DNA of 64,000 nucleotides from a virus (taxonomy: Duplodnaviria; Caudoviricetes), in the IMG/VR virus record IMGVR_UViG_3300012157_000001, positions 64,001-128,000 of that record, one strand, 5' to 3'. Below are positions 39,837 through 49,602 of this stretch, piece after piece. The notes under the pieces are model-generated. The model made no database searches. It was not told the DNA's origin and worked only from the letters and a program-made list of their open reading frames with translations. Numbering within the stretch: position 1 is the stretch's first letter; every line of letters begins with the position of its first letter. A program made the translations under genes and the position numbers.

Positions 39837-40575
39837 CCGACGATGAACGACTGCCCGGTCTGGTATCACGATCCAACTGACGAAACGCGCTACGCAGTGG
39901 CGCACGACAACAAGTGCCCGGCGGACGGCACCACGCTGTATCCCACGGGCGACAGCGCTGTTTGCGTGCGATGCTGCCGAGTGTTCGACAAGGACGACGG
40001 CAGCCGCATCGGGCAATGCTGGTGGAGCGGCTTCCACGATCCCACGCGCTACGAGCTCGGCGCCATGCTCATGCTGCTGCTTCGTTCGGCGAGGCCACAT
40101 CCCGTCGAGAATCCGACGATGTGGCACGCCTGGGGTGAGGTCTGTAAGCACGCTGGACTGAATCCGGACGACTACCGCGTGCCCCGGAGCGAGTAGCCCG
40201 ATGGCGAAGAAACTGTTCGCGTGGCTCCGTCGCCTATTTTGCGACCACAGTTGGGCCTGGAACCACGGCGGTGGCTGGTCGAAGCGACGCTGCGTACGCT
40301 GCGGGGACGTCGAGTGGTTCGCGTGATGCCGATCACCATCCCCGTGGGCGCGACCTGCACGCATCCGCGCATGCGCTGCCCGAACGGAGAGAGCGGCTGC
40401 GGCAAGGACTGCGGCCACTGGTGGTGCCCTGACTGCGACCTCTCCTGGGATGACGGTTTCGAGGGCAGTGAGCCACTCACCGAGATTTGCTTTCGGTGCG
40501 GCGAGGACGCGCTGATCGAGGTCGGCGCCGGCTACGCCTGCCTCAGCTGCCTGATGGTCGGGCTGTACGAGAGCA

Positions 40576-41022
40576 ATGGGCGATTACGCGCTTAAGCGGG
40601 GCCCCTGGAAGCGCAAGGGCGGCCCGTGTCCAGAGTGCGGCTCGGAGCGGTGTCGCTCCGTGCGGGGCTACGCCTGCTGGGTACGCTCGTTCCGACGTGC
40701 GCTCAAGGACCACAACTACATCCGTTGTGGGGAACAGACGCGCTACCTGCGCGAGGCTGAACTCACGATGATGATGGCGCCTCAGCCATCCGGGAACGAA
40801 GTCTATTACGGCCCAGCGTGGGCGGTCGTGCTCATCACGGCGCTTCGGCATGAGGCAAAGGAAGCTCAGCAACGCCTCACGGTGGTCCACGTGGCTGAAC
40901 TGCTCAGGACAAGTAAGAGCTACGGGCCCGTGCCTCCCGAGCTCATCACCAGGCTCGAAGCTCTTCGAGCGTTCGCGGTACTCCGAGGCTGGCGATACGA
41001 GCACGGAATGTGGTATCGGTAG
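40576..41022 (+). CDS. hypothetical protein with CxxC and C-terminal tag variant (ALRAFAVLRG)
   Basis: packing. Confidence 0.55.
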   Translation: MGDYALKRGPWKRKGGPCPECGSERCRSVRGYACWVRSFRRALKDHNYIRCGEQTRYLREAELTMMMAPQPSGNEVYYGPAWAVVLITALRHEAKEAQQRLTVVHVAELLRTSKSYGPVPPELITRLEALRAFAVLRGWRYEHGMWYR

Positions 41023-41027
41023 CGGCA

Positions 41028-41474
41028 GTGCTCGCAGCCGTCCGCGTCGCGCAGGGGATCTACCAGGGCCCCTGCCCGAAGTCGGCCGAACAGGTACGCC
41101 GCTACGGCTTCCACGTCCTGACTTTCTGCGCGCGCGAGATTCAGCCCGTGATTCACGACCCACAGGGACTTCGCGTGCTCTACGCACCGATGAATGACAG
41201 CCCGACGAATCCGATGACCGAAGAGGAGTGGACGAGCGCTCAGCAAGCGGGCCGCGAGATCGCACGTGTCCATTCGACCGGTGGTCGCGCGCTGACGACC
41301 TGCGCAATGGGCCTGAACCGTTCCGGAATCGTGAATGCGCTCGCGCTGCACTACCGTTTCGGTGTTTCTGGCGCGGAGGCCATCGATCAGATCCGTCGCA
41401 CCAGGGGTCCCATGGCGCTCAGCAATCCGAGCTTTGTCGAGCGGCTTCGACGACTACCCGTGCGCGTCAGTTGA
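41028..41474 (+). CDS. dual-specificity/PTP-like phosphatase
   Basis: CX5R P-loop CAMGLNRSG; AIDQIRRTR..ALSNPSF. Confidence 0.85.
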   Translation: MLAAVRVAQGIYQGPCPKSAEQVRRYGFHVLTFCAREIQPVIHDPQGLRVLYAPMNDSPTNPMTEEEWTSAQQAGREIARVHSTGGRALTTCAMGLNRSGIVNALALHYRFGVSGAEAIDQIRRTRGPMALSNPSFVERLRRLPVRVS

Positions 41475-44400
41475 ACGGCAATTCTTCGTCGTCGTCGCTC
41501 CGCACGGCGGCGCGCGCCTCTTCGCTCCACTGTTGGCGCTCCAGCGATTCTTCTGTCGGCACGGAGACCTGTTCTTGCAGGACCGACACCTCTTCTGGGT
41601 GCTCCTCCACCCAATGCAGGAACGCTTCGGATCGGCTCATCCTCGGTGTATCAGTGAACTGGCGCTTCACGCGACGCCACACGGGAACCAGGCTCGCGTC
41701 GATGTCCCGCTCGACCGCGTCGTCCGACTCTTGCTGTGCTTCGCGCCGCTTCAGGCTGCGGAGCGCTCCCGCGGCCTTCCGCCCACGACCCGTCTGGATC
41801 GCGGTGATGTCCCTCGTTCGGTCGATGTCCTCGCGCAACCGCGCTTCCTCGGCATCTCGGGGCGCCACGATGTCGCGCCTGCTTTCCTCGTAGAAGGAGT
41901 CCACGCCTTGGCGCGACTCCCGCTGACGGTCCGCGGATGCAATGTAGCAACGGTCCCCTCGAACCGACGTCGTCGGCTCCAGCACCGTGCGAGCGCGTGC
42001 AGTTCTCTCAAAGCCTCGGACACGTGACAGTTCCGTGCGCTTCTCTGCGTCGAGCTCAGCGATGCGCGTGCGGTGCCGGCGGATCTTGTCCTGGGCGGTA
42101 CTCCGCACACCTTCAGCGTACGCGCGCTCGGCTTCAAGCTGCCTAGCGCCCTTGGCGTTCGGCTCCCACTCTGGAATCGGGTAACGCATGCGTAGGTAGT
42201 TCCGATGGCCCGGCTGGTCCACGCGCGCACCAGGGAATGCCGCCTCCAAGCCACGAGCGAATGGCTCCAGATCCTTTCCTGTGTCGGACCCGATGTCGAC
42301 GTCGATCCCGCGATGGTGGGTAACCCGCGCCCAAAACGGTACGTTGCCCTTCAGCCATTTATTGATCGCTCTGACATCCACGCCCCACCGGTTCGGAGCG
42401 TTCGGCTTCCAGGAGTGCGGCCCCTCGCCATCGATCCCGCACGCGGCGAGGCGTGAGTAGTAGTTCGCGTCTTCCGCCAGGTGATCCATCGCGATGCGCT
42501 CAGCCTCGTCCGGATCATCCGTGTGCTCCAGCTCGTGCGCCGTGCCGATCAAGAGCTCATCGGGATCCATGTCCGCTGCGGAGGCTCCGTCGGAGGATCG
42601 GTTGGCGGCGAGCAGCGACTGCCCAAAGTTCGCGCTGCGCCACACGGGCGCTCCCGTCGCCACCTCGCGGATCTCCGCATAGTCCTCACGCCCGGTTTCC
42701 GGACTCATGATCCTGATGAGCCTGTCCAGGTCGGTGGCGTAATCCCACACTGTCGTGCTTTCGTTCTTGAAGGCGACGTAATTCGTTGCGTGGGCCTTGT
42801 AGTCTCTGGCGTACTCCTGACGCCTCTTGCGGAGCCATTCGTCGTCGAGTTCTCTCAAGCCCGACGCTGCCGAGGATGCGAGCGGCAGACCGAACACCTC
42901 GGTGCGGTAGACCGGCACACCCTTCGTGTCGCGAACCTCGGCGGTGCCGTACCGGTCCGCGTAGCGCGAGGCTTCCTCCAGAGTGTCGAACGACCCATCG
43001 ATCCAGTCGTTTTCCTGATAGAACACCGCGTACGCTGCCCCAGAGCTCTTCGCGCGCGCCGCGCGTGTGCGCTCGATCGTTGCGTCCGCGAGCGGGAGGA
43101 GCTTCTCCTTCCGCTTCCTGCTTTTCCCGCCGCCTTCTTTCTTCGGCCCACGCGCGAGCACCGCCTTTCGGATCGCGCGTATCTGCCGTTCCTTGCCGGC
43201 GATCTTAGCCACGTTCCGAGTGAATGCCGCCGCAAAGGCCTCGTCGTGTTCGTCGAAGCCGTCGGCCATGTGCGTGCACTCGTGGATTGCCGAAGCGTAG
43301 AGCCAGGCGAGGTCATCATCGTCGCTCGGGTTGTATAGGTCGTCCTTGCCCGGCTTCTCGGAGTATCCGAAGCTCCGCGGTCGCTTGAACGGGTTGAAGA
43401 GGAGCCAGTGCTCGTCCTGGTCGGGCAGCGCCTGGTAGGCGGCGCCGATGCGTTCCGCGAAGATCCATCCGACGCCGAACTGTTCCTTGCTGCCGAGCTG
43501 GATCAAAACGAATCGGCAGAGCTCGGCCCACAGCTTTGCGAGCTTGCGCAGAGTCGCAGACATCGTCTCCGGATAGAACATCTTCGGCGGACGGTAGGCG
43601 TCCACCTTGTTCGACATGAAGAAGTCCGGTTCCCACGAGAGCTGCTTGATCGCTGCCTCGACCGCGTCCGTGCCTTCCATCGGCACGCCGTCGAGCAGCG
43701 CTGAGGCGATGTCCGGCGTTGTGCGCAGGTTCAGAGTCCCTCCCTGCTTTTCTTCCTCCTCGACCGCCTCGCCGCCGCCCATGTCTTTCAGGATCGAGGT
43801 GAGAACCATGATCTGCTCGTTCGACAGCGTGCCGATGCGACCACCGACCTGACGCTGCGGCACGATCTCTTCCAGGTGCGAGAGCATCGTCGCTTCGATC
43901 TTCTGTTGCGGCGCTCCCTGGAATTTGCCGCTACCCTCGAAGCGCTGGTCGAAGTGGTTCTTCTGCTTTTCCAGCGCGCTGTTGATGTCTGTCGACACCT
44001 GGCGCACGAACTGGTCGACGTCGCGCCCGAGCTCCTCGTCGCGGAATCCGTCCCGGTTTGAGGTCAAGAGATCCTTGCTCCGACCGACGAGCTCCAACAC
44101 AAGCTGCCCTTCGAGACCCGCCGGGAGCCATGCAAACGAAAACATGTACAGGCCCTTCGTCCGCACGAGGACGTTCCACCGCTTCGCGCTCTTCGTATTG
44201 TGAAAGAGCACGGCCTTGCCATGGAAGTCTCGGATCTCCTCGCCCGGTTCCAGGTTCGCGGCGTACTCCTGACCGTTCACGGTGAAGCGGACACCAGGCA
44301 GCGTACACTTGCCGATGAATTCGATTGCGGCGTCGGCAGAAGTGCATTTGTCCGCTGGCATGACGACACGGAGCTCGGCCCCATCGCGGTACGGCATCTC

Positions 44401-44985
44401 CTCCATGACGCCCTCGTCACCGGATCCGTAGAACCGCGCACTCCGCGAGTGGATGCTCCACGCGATCCACGGCAGGATCAGAAGCTCCTTAGCCTTGCCG
44501 AAGCCACCGGCTTCACCGCCAGCACCCGTCTTCGTCGTCTCGCCACCGACGAGAAACTTGTTTTCGATCGTGTCGGCATCCATGCCGCGTCCGTTGTCCG
44601 AGCACGAGACGGCTATGCCTTCTGGTACCTGTTCGACGCGGCAGTCGACCTGCGTCGCGCCTGCGTCGACGGCGTTCTGGATCGCCTCGCGCCACCACTT
44701 CTCTCTCCAGTCGCGGTAGTCGTCGAGCGCTGCGCTGAAGAACGCCTTACCGATCCGATAGCGCACCGCGCGTTGGTTGGGCGAGAGCGCCGCGCCCGGG
44801 ATCTCGACGGCGATGAGCTTCGTACCGTCCACTTCGTAGCGTTCGCCGAGCGAGCCGGCGCGCCCCTCGATGATCAGCGCCTTGAGCCACCCGTACGCGG
44901 GGTCGGTCGCCGCCGCGATGTAGACGCCGGGTTCGGGCCGATCGAGCGGCTCCGTGATCAGCGCGCCCTCGACTACGCCGCTCAC
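41467..44985 (-). CDS. large multidomain protein: GHKL ATPase + HExxH peptidase-like + DUF5661-like + coiled coil
   Basis: REAIQNAVDA, DNGRGM, GGFGKAK; IHECTH; GTAHELEHT..IAMDHL.E...YYSRL. Confidence 0.85.
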   Translation of the reverse strand: MSGVVEGALITEPLDRPEPGVYIAAATDPAYGWLKALIIEGRAGSLGERYEVDGTKLIAVEIPGAALSPNQRAVRYRIGKAFFSAALDDYRDWREKWWREAIQNAVDAGATQVDCRVEQVPEGIAVSCSDNGRGMDADTIENKFLVGGETTKTGAGGEAGGFGKAKELLILPWIAWSIHSRSARFYGSGDEGVMEEMPYRDGAELRVVMPADKCTSADAAIEFIGKCTLPGVRFTVNGQEYAANLEPGEEIRDFHGKAVLFHNTKSAKRWNVLVRTKGLYMFSFAWLPAGLEGQLVLELVGRSKDLLTSNRDGFRDEELGRDVDQFVRQVSTDINSALEKQKNHFDQRFEGSGKFQGAPQQKIEATMLSHLEEIVPQRQVGGRIGTLSNEQIMVLTSILKDMGGGEAVEEEEKQGGTLNLRTTPDIASALLDGVPMEGTDAVEAAIKQLSWEPDFFMSNKVDAYRPPKMFYPETMSATLRKLAKLWAELCRFVLIQLGSKEQFGVGWIFAERIGAAYQALPDQDEHWLLFNPFKRPRSFGYSEKPGKDDLYNPSDDDDLAWLYASAIHECTHMADGFDEHDEAFAAAFTRNVAKIAGKERQIRAIRKAVLARGPKKEGGGKSRKRKEKLLPLADATIERTRAARAKSSGAAYAVFYQENDWIDGSFDTLEEASRYADRYGTAEVRDTKGVPVYRTEVFGLPLASSAASGLRELDDEWLRKRRQEYARDYKAHATNYVAFKNESTTVWDYATDLDRLIRIMSPETGREDYAEIREVATGAPVWRSANFGQSLLAANRSSDGASAADMDPDELLIGTAHELEHTDDPDEAERIAMDHLAEDANYYSRLAACGIDGEGPHSWKPNAPNRWGVDVRAINKWLKGNVPFWARVTHHRGIDVDIGSDTGKDLEPFARGLEAAFPGARVDQPGHRNYLRMRYPIPEWEPNAKGARQLEAERAYAEGVRSTAQDKIRRHRTRIAELDAEKRTELSRVRGFERTARARTVLEPTTSVRGDRCYIASADRQRESRQGVDSFYEESRRDIVAPRDAEEARLREDIDRTRDITAIQTGRGRKAAGALRSLKRREAQQESDDAVERDIDASLVPVWRRVKRQFTDTPRMSRSEAFLHWVEEHPEEVSVLQEQVSVPTEESLERQQWSEEARAAVRSDDDEELPFN

Positions 44986-45000
44986 CGTTGGATCCTTGTC

Positions 45001-45147
45001 TCAGCGCGCTTTCCGCTTGCGCCGTGTGAAATAGACGAGCGCCACCAGTGCAGAGGCGCCGAGCACCCATGGAGTCGGGCTGACCATTGGGACGGCCGAA
45101 TCCGCGCCGAGCGGAGGACGGCGCGGCGTCAACGTCGTGACGTACAT
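45001..45147 (-). CDS. 48-aa membrane peptide (not in the ORF track)
   Basis: ...PWVLGASALVALVYFTRRKRKAR; GAGG before ATG. Confidence 0.5.
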   Translation of the reverse strand: MYVTTLTPRRPPLGADSAVPMVSPTPWVLGASALVALVYFTRRKRKAR

Positions 45148-45181
45148 GCCTCGGAGCCTACCGGGTGAGGCTCCCGACGCG

Positions 45182-45736
45182 CTACTTTCGTGCAGCGACG
45201 GCGTAAGAGCGGAAATATCGCGCTCCCGCGAGCGCGATTCCTGCGGAGTCCGCCGCGTGCTCGCTGAGCCGGCCCGTCCAGCCGAGCAGGGCGCGGACCG
45301 CCCGCTGCACCTGCGCCTTGTCGGCGGTCACCGGAAGCCCGAAGCAGGCCTTCCACGTGACCGGCTCGACTTCCACCAGCACCAGCTCGTGCTGCCACGC
45401 CAGCGCCCGCAGGATGCCCATCACGTCCCGCACCGCCAGGGACTCGTACGACGCCGTACCGCGCTCCCTGGCGCCGGCCTGAGCGCGGGCCTGGGCCTCC
45501 ACGGCCATGACGGCCGCCGGGGGGCGCCCGGTGGCGGTGATGACAGCCCCCACGCGCTGCCAGATCGTATGCAGCCTAGCTGCAAGTGGCTCGGACGGAG
45601 AGGTTCGCACCGTTTCCAGAATGTGCGGGCGACGCTGTTGGTCAAAGAAGTCGACGTCCCCTATCCCACAGGCGGCGACGCCCGGATCGATTCCGATGAC
45701 CCTCGTGATACGCTTCGCGTCGTGCTTCACCGTCAT
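45182..45736 (-). CDS. ruvC: RuvC-like Holliday junction resolvase
   Basis: VIGIDPG, MAVE, ADKAQV, HAADSAGIA. Confidence 0.88.
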   Translation of the reverse strand: MTVKHDAKRITRVIGIDPGVAACGIGDVDFFDQQRRPHILETVRTSPSEPLAARLHTIWQRVGAVITATGRPPAAVMAVEAQARAQAGARERGTASYESLAVRDVMGILRALAWQHELVLVEVEPVTWKACFGLPVTADKAQVQRAVRALLGWTGRLSEHAADSAGIALAGARYFRSYAVAARK

Positions 45737-45766
45737 CCTGGCGTTCAATGGATCGTCTTCCAGCCG

Positions 45767-46021
45767 GTGGGTAGCGGCATCGCGATCCGCTGCCTGGTCT
45801 GCGGCGCCGCCGCTACGCTCGCGCCTCAGCAGGCCGACTCTTTCGCGCAGCAACACGCCGCGCATCGGAGCCCCTCACCGGCCCACATGGGCCTCGGGGA
45901 CATCGTCGCTAAGGTCGCTCAGCCCGTCGCACGGGCGATGGGCCGTCCGCAGAATTGTACGCCTTGCGAGCAGCGAAAGCATTCCTTGAATCAGCTGGCT
46001 CCTCGCGTTTGGCGGCGGTGA
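45767..46021 (+). CDS. small Cys-containing phage protein (start uncertain)
   Basis: GLGDIVAKVA...CTPCEQRKHSLN. Confidence 0.6.
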   Translation: MGSGIAIRCLVCGAAATLAPQQADSFAQQHAAHRSPSPAHMGLGDIVAKVAQPVARAMGRPQNCTPCEQRKHSLNQLAPRVWRR

Positions 46022-46022
46022 C

Positions 46023-47921
46023 TCAGGGTACGGTCAACGTCGCGTAGAACGACCAGTGCCACGCCACGAAGGTCGGCGAGGTCGAGAAGGTCGCGGGTAA
46101 CGGTTGATACGGGCGCGAGAAGTAAGCGGCGTTGACCCCGCCTGGTTGCGACGCGAAGTGCAGGCCGTCCGAGCTCGGCGCGTAGGCTAGCCAGTACTTA
46201 CCCGGAGCGAGCGAGAGCGGCCCAACCACTGGCTGCGTGTTCCAGCCCACCACCGGTGTGAACTCGGCTGTAGCAGCCATGAGCGTCTGCGGGTTGCCAG
46301 CAGCGTTCGAGTCGTAGATCCCCATCCGGAGCTGGCCTGCCGCCGTGTTCACGCGGAACGAGATGCTCTGCATCGTTGCGGTCTGGGCGAGGTTAACGGG
46401 CTGTGAAACGACGAGGCCGCCATTGCCGTAGTCGTCCGTCGACAGGACGGACTGCTCGCCGATGATGATCGTGGTCGTACCGCCGGTCCACGGTGCACCG
46501 CCTGTGCTCGAAGCTCCACCGGTTTCTGGTGCTCCACCGGTTTCCGGTGCTCCACCGGTTTCTGGTGCTCCACCGGTTTCTGGTGCTCCACCGGTTTCCG
46601 GTGCTCCACCGGTTTCTGGTGCACCGCCTGTGCTCGAAGCTCCGCCGGTATCGCTGCCGCCACTAGAGCTACCGCCGGCAGAGCTGTCGGTTGACGCATC
46701 GCCCACAGTGCCTCCCGTTGAGACTCCACCTGTAGCCGTTCCGCCGGTAGCCGGCGTGCCGCCTGTCAATCCGCCTGTCGATCCGCCGCTCCCACCGGTG
46801 CCGCCAGCGCCCCCGGTACCCGAACACGAAGGCGGATCGCTCATGTACGCGATCACCGGGGCTTGCCCCCAAGCGCCCGCGCCGAAAAAGTCGATGGTGC
46901 CGTCGTTGTTGAGGTCGGCGCCGCGGAGGTTGTGGATCGCGTCCGTGCCGAGGACCGTGCTCGGCCACGTGGCGCCCTGGTTCGAGTAGAAGATGAGCCG
47001 ACCCGCGCCCTCGAACTCGCTCGCCACCACGTCCGGCGTGCCGTTGTGGTCGACGTCCGCGACCACGAAGTTGTGCACCTTCGTGAGGCCCATGTCGATC
47101 ACGTGCTCCGCCCACGACGGGGCTTGGAACCAGGAGAGGCCACCGATCCCTTCCGAGACGCCAAGCACGACATCAGGCAGACCGTCGCGGTTGATGTCGG
47201 TGACGTGCACGCTCGCGTAGTCGTTCCAACTGGCGAACGTGTGCGGCGTCCAAGCCGTCGTCGCCATGTCCCCCGCGGGGCACTCCATCCAGACGCCGCC
47301 GACGACGACGTCGAGTCGGCCGTCGCGGTTCACGTCGGCCACGTCGAGCCCGTTCCGACCGATGCCCGGCTCTAGTGTGAAAACCTGGTAGTCGCTCGCC
47401 GTCCCCTGCTGCAGGAACACGTAGACCGCCGGCAGGCTTTCGCCGCGCGAAACGATGTCCGGCTTACCGTCGCGGTTGATGTCGACGATGATCGAGTCGT
47501 GCGTGCCGAGCCCGACCGGGTTCATCCAGTGGAGCGTCCAAGTCGAGCCGAGCCCGACGTTCTCGTACCAGAACTGGCCGACCACGGCGTCGACGTCGCC
47601 GTCCCTGTCGAGGTCGCCGACGGCGCTGGCGCTGTCGCTCGGGCCGCCGTTGCCGAGGGTATGGCGGATCCAGGCCGGGCTCTCGTACCAGACGATGTTG
47701 CCCACATCATTCGCGACGAGCAGGTCCGGCAGGCCGTCGTTGTTGAAGTCGGCGATGCTCTTCATCCACGGGTTCACGAGCCCCGACGAATCAACGACGA
47801 CGCGCTGATACGTGGTCAGCGCAGCTCGCGACACACCGAGTTTCATCTCCGGGCTGTTTGTGCACGACCAGAAGCAGAGAGCCACGGCACCGAAGAGCAA
47901 CAGAAGCTTGGACGTTTTCAA
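46023..47921 (-). CDS. FG-GAP/VCBS-repeat lipoprotein with Thr/Gly linker and C-terminal beta domain
   Basis: signal peptide ending in Cys; seven DxNxDGxxD-type repeats; TGG-rich linker. Confidence 0.88.
   Translation of the reverse strand: MKTSKLLLLFGAVALCFWSCTNSPEMKLGVSRAALTTYQRVVVDSSGLVNPWMKSIADFNNDGLPDLLVANDVGNIVWYESPAWIRHTLGNGGPSDSASAVGDLDRDGDVDAVVGQFWYENVGLGSTWTLHWMNPVGLGTHDSIIVDINRDGKPDIVSRGESLPAVYVFLQQGTASDYQVFTLEPGIGRNGLDVADVNRDGRLDVVVGGVWMECPAGDMATTAWTPHTFASWNDYASVHVTDINRDGLPDVVLGVSEGIGGLSWFQAPSWAEHVIDMGLTKVHNFVVADVDHNGTPDVVASEFEGAGRLIFYSNQGATWPSTVLGTDAIHNLRGADLNNDGTIDFFGAGAWGQAPVIAYMSDPPSCSGTGGAGGTGGSGGSTGGLTGGTPATGGTATGGVSTGGTVGDASTDSSAGGSSSGGSDTGGASSTGGAPETGGAPETGGAPETGGAPETGGAPETGGAPETGGASSTGGAPWTGGTTTIIIGEQSVLSTDDYGNGGLVVSQPVNLAQTATMQSISFRVNTAAGQLRMGIYDSNAAGNPQTLMAATAEFTPVVGWNTQPVVGPLSLAPGKYWLAYAPSSDGLHFASQPGGVNAAYFSRPYQPLPATFSTSPTFVAWHWSFYATLTVP
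46513..46620. repeat. 18-bp tandem repeat x6 (encodes TGGAPE)
   Basis: gctccaccggtttcYggt units flanked by gcaccgcctgtgctcgaagctcc direct repeats. Confidence 0.9.
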
Positions 47922-47984
47922 TTCCCTATCTCCTTGACCTATCTTGTTCGCACAGCAGTCGCGGGACTGCAACGACCTTGAAGC

Positions 47985-48674
47985 TCACTCTTGGCTCCGC
48001 CCATCAGGCGGCAACGCCGGCTCGTCATCGCCAAGGTTGCCCAGTCCATCACCCGCGCTCCCGGGCGTCCCGAAAACTGCCTGCCCCGCGAACGGAAAAA
48101 GCACGCCCTCAACAGCCTGGTCCCCCGAGCCTGGCGACGTTGAGCCACCGAGTGCGATGCTGTTCGGCGGCAAGGTTCCCACTCGCCTCATTTGTTCCAT
48201 CTGGCGCGTGAGCTCTTCCGTTAGTTGCTTTCCCTGCGCGACCCTCGGAAAACTGGGACCGGTGACCCCTATCGGCCCCATTGGTCGTAGCGCCTCTTCC
48301 GCTGCGAGCGCGATGAGTGCCACCTCGCGCTCTGCGACCTCCGTGCAGTGAACGAACCATCCGTCCGCGACCGCAAGCACCTGTCGAGCGATGCTCGCTT
48401 GCTCGCAACCGGTCCAATCGGCGAGCATGCGCCGATGTTCTGGCTTTATGTTGAGTCGGCGCCCTACGTGTACGGGCGCTGGTGCTGTCATCACGTGCCA
48501 ACTGCAGTCCACCCATCCAACGCCTGACTTCGGGACAACATACGCCTCGACCGTTGCCACGGTCCCGCCTGCAATCTCTCTGCGTTCGGACCAGACCCTG
48601 ATCACGTAGGCTTCGACCGTGGATGCTGGCGGAATGTCCACGGCCGGAACCAGGCTCACAGCCCTTCGATCCAC
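47985..48674 (-). CDS. hypothetical protein with internal tag variant (EREVALIALAA)
   Basis: 229-aa ORF following the RHH-like gene. Confidence 0.6.
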   Translation of the reverse strand: MDRRAVSLVPAVDIPPASTVEAYVIRVWSERREIAGGTVATVEAYVVPKSGVGWVDCSWHVMTAPAPVHVGRRLNIKPEHRRMLADWTGCEQASIARQVLAVADGWFVHCTEVAEREVALIALAAEEALRPMGPIGVTGPSFPRVAQGKQLTEELTRQMEQMRRVGTLPPNSIALGGSTSPGSGDQAVEGVLFPFAGQAVFGTPGSAGDGLGNLGDDEPALPPDGRSQE

Positions 48675-48871
48675 TCGATGATCGCGCGATTGAAGCTCAT
48701 CTGCTTTCCCTCCTGCTTCGCGCGACGCGAGCAGTGGTCGAGGAGCTTCGCTTTGTGCGGCCGAGCGATCCGGAGTGTGATTACCTCGTAGTCCTTCGCC
48801 GCATGGCCATTGCTCTTGCTCTTGGCCTTTTTCGAGAGCTTCTTGGACCTGGAATGAGACTTGACTGCCAT
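48656..48871 (-). CDS. ribbon-helix-helix-like DNA-binding protein
   Basis: VITLRIARPHKAKL...SFNRAIIEWI after a basic N-terminus. Confidence 0.65.
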   Translation of the reverse strand: MAVKSHSRSKKLSKKAKSKSNGHAAKDYEVITLRIARPHKAKLLDHCSRRAKQEGKQMSFNRAIIEWIEGL

Positions 48872-48941
48872 GGCGCCAACGTAGCCGGTGGCAGCATAGG
48901 CGTCAACTGGCTTGTCCGATTGGGCCGAAAGAGCCTACTAT
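48869..48941. promoter_or_regulatory. divergent promoter pair
   Basis: minus strand TTGACG-N17-TACGTT-6nt-ATG(48871); plus strand TTGTCC...TACTAT before 48960. Confidence 0.55.
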
Positions 48942-48959
48942 GTACGGGGCGGCTCGCCA

Positions 48960-49142
48960 ATGACCTACGAGTACGAGTGCACGGACCCGGTTTGCCACCA
49001 CCATTGGGAGACCGAACAGCGAATCACGGAGCCGGCGATCAAGGTCTGCCCCTTGTGCGGGCGCGAGACCGCGCGGCGGCTCATTTCCCAGGGTAACTTC
49101 GTCTTGCATGGACCAGGATGGTTCAGGAGCGGTGGCTACTAA
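48960..49142 (+). CDS. FmdB-family zinc-ribbon protein
   Basis: MTYEYEC...CPLCG...RRLIS..FVLHGPGW. Confidence 0.85.
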   Translation: MTYEYECTDPVCHHHWETEQRITEPAIKVCPLCGRETARRLISQGNFVLHGPGWFRSGGY

Positions 49143-49387
49143 GCGACGTCCCGAAACCAGCCGGTGAATACGATCGCGCCGCGGTTCCTCATCGTCTGGA
49201 AGATCCAGTCCGAGCCCCCCCACTGCCTGCGCTCGCCTTCAACTCCGGGAGGCCACTGCGACGGCGGACCGGTCAAGGCGCGGAAGGCCCGGTGGCGCTC
49301 CGTGCTCTCGTTGTGCTCGTCTCGGCTCCGCTGCCGGCGCCGATCGAGCTTCGTTGGCGCCGCGTTCCGCCGGAGCCGCAATCGCAT
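49139..49387 (-). CDS. small protein with tag (ERHRAFRALTG)
   Basis: tag match supports this strand and frame. Confidence 0.5.
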   Translation of the reverse strand: MRLRLRRNAAPTKLDRRRQRSRDEHNESTERHRAFRALTGPPSQWPPGVEGERRQWGGSDWIFQTMRNRGAIVFTGWFRDVA

Positions 49388-49602
49388 GCGCAGCAACGGT
49401 AGCACGCAATTTCGCCGCTCGTCGCGCCCAGTACCAAGCATGTCGAAACGCACCGTCCGGCTCACCGAGCCGCAGGCTTCGATTCTGCGACAGGCTCTAC
49501 ACTGGATCGACAGCGCCGGCACCTACTCCGAGTTCTGGGAGTCCATATATCCGCACCAGCGGGCGCTCTGGGATCGCACAGTAGCCACTGTTGTGGAGCA
49601 GA

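Noticed and set aside
38871-40418. 515-aa minus-strand ORF
   Set aside because: Antisense shadow of the J-domain gene and neighbours; expected in GC-rich DNA.
46513-46620. Possible CRISPR array
   Set aside because: Head-to-tail 18-bp coding repeats with no spacers and no cas genes.
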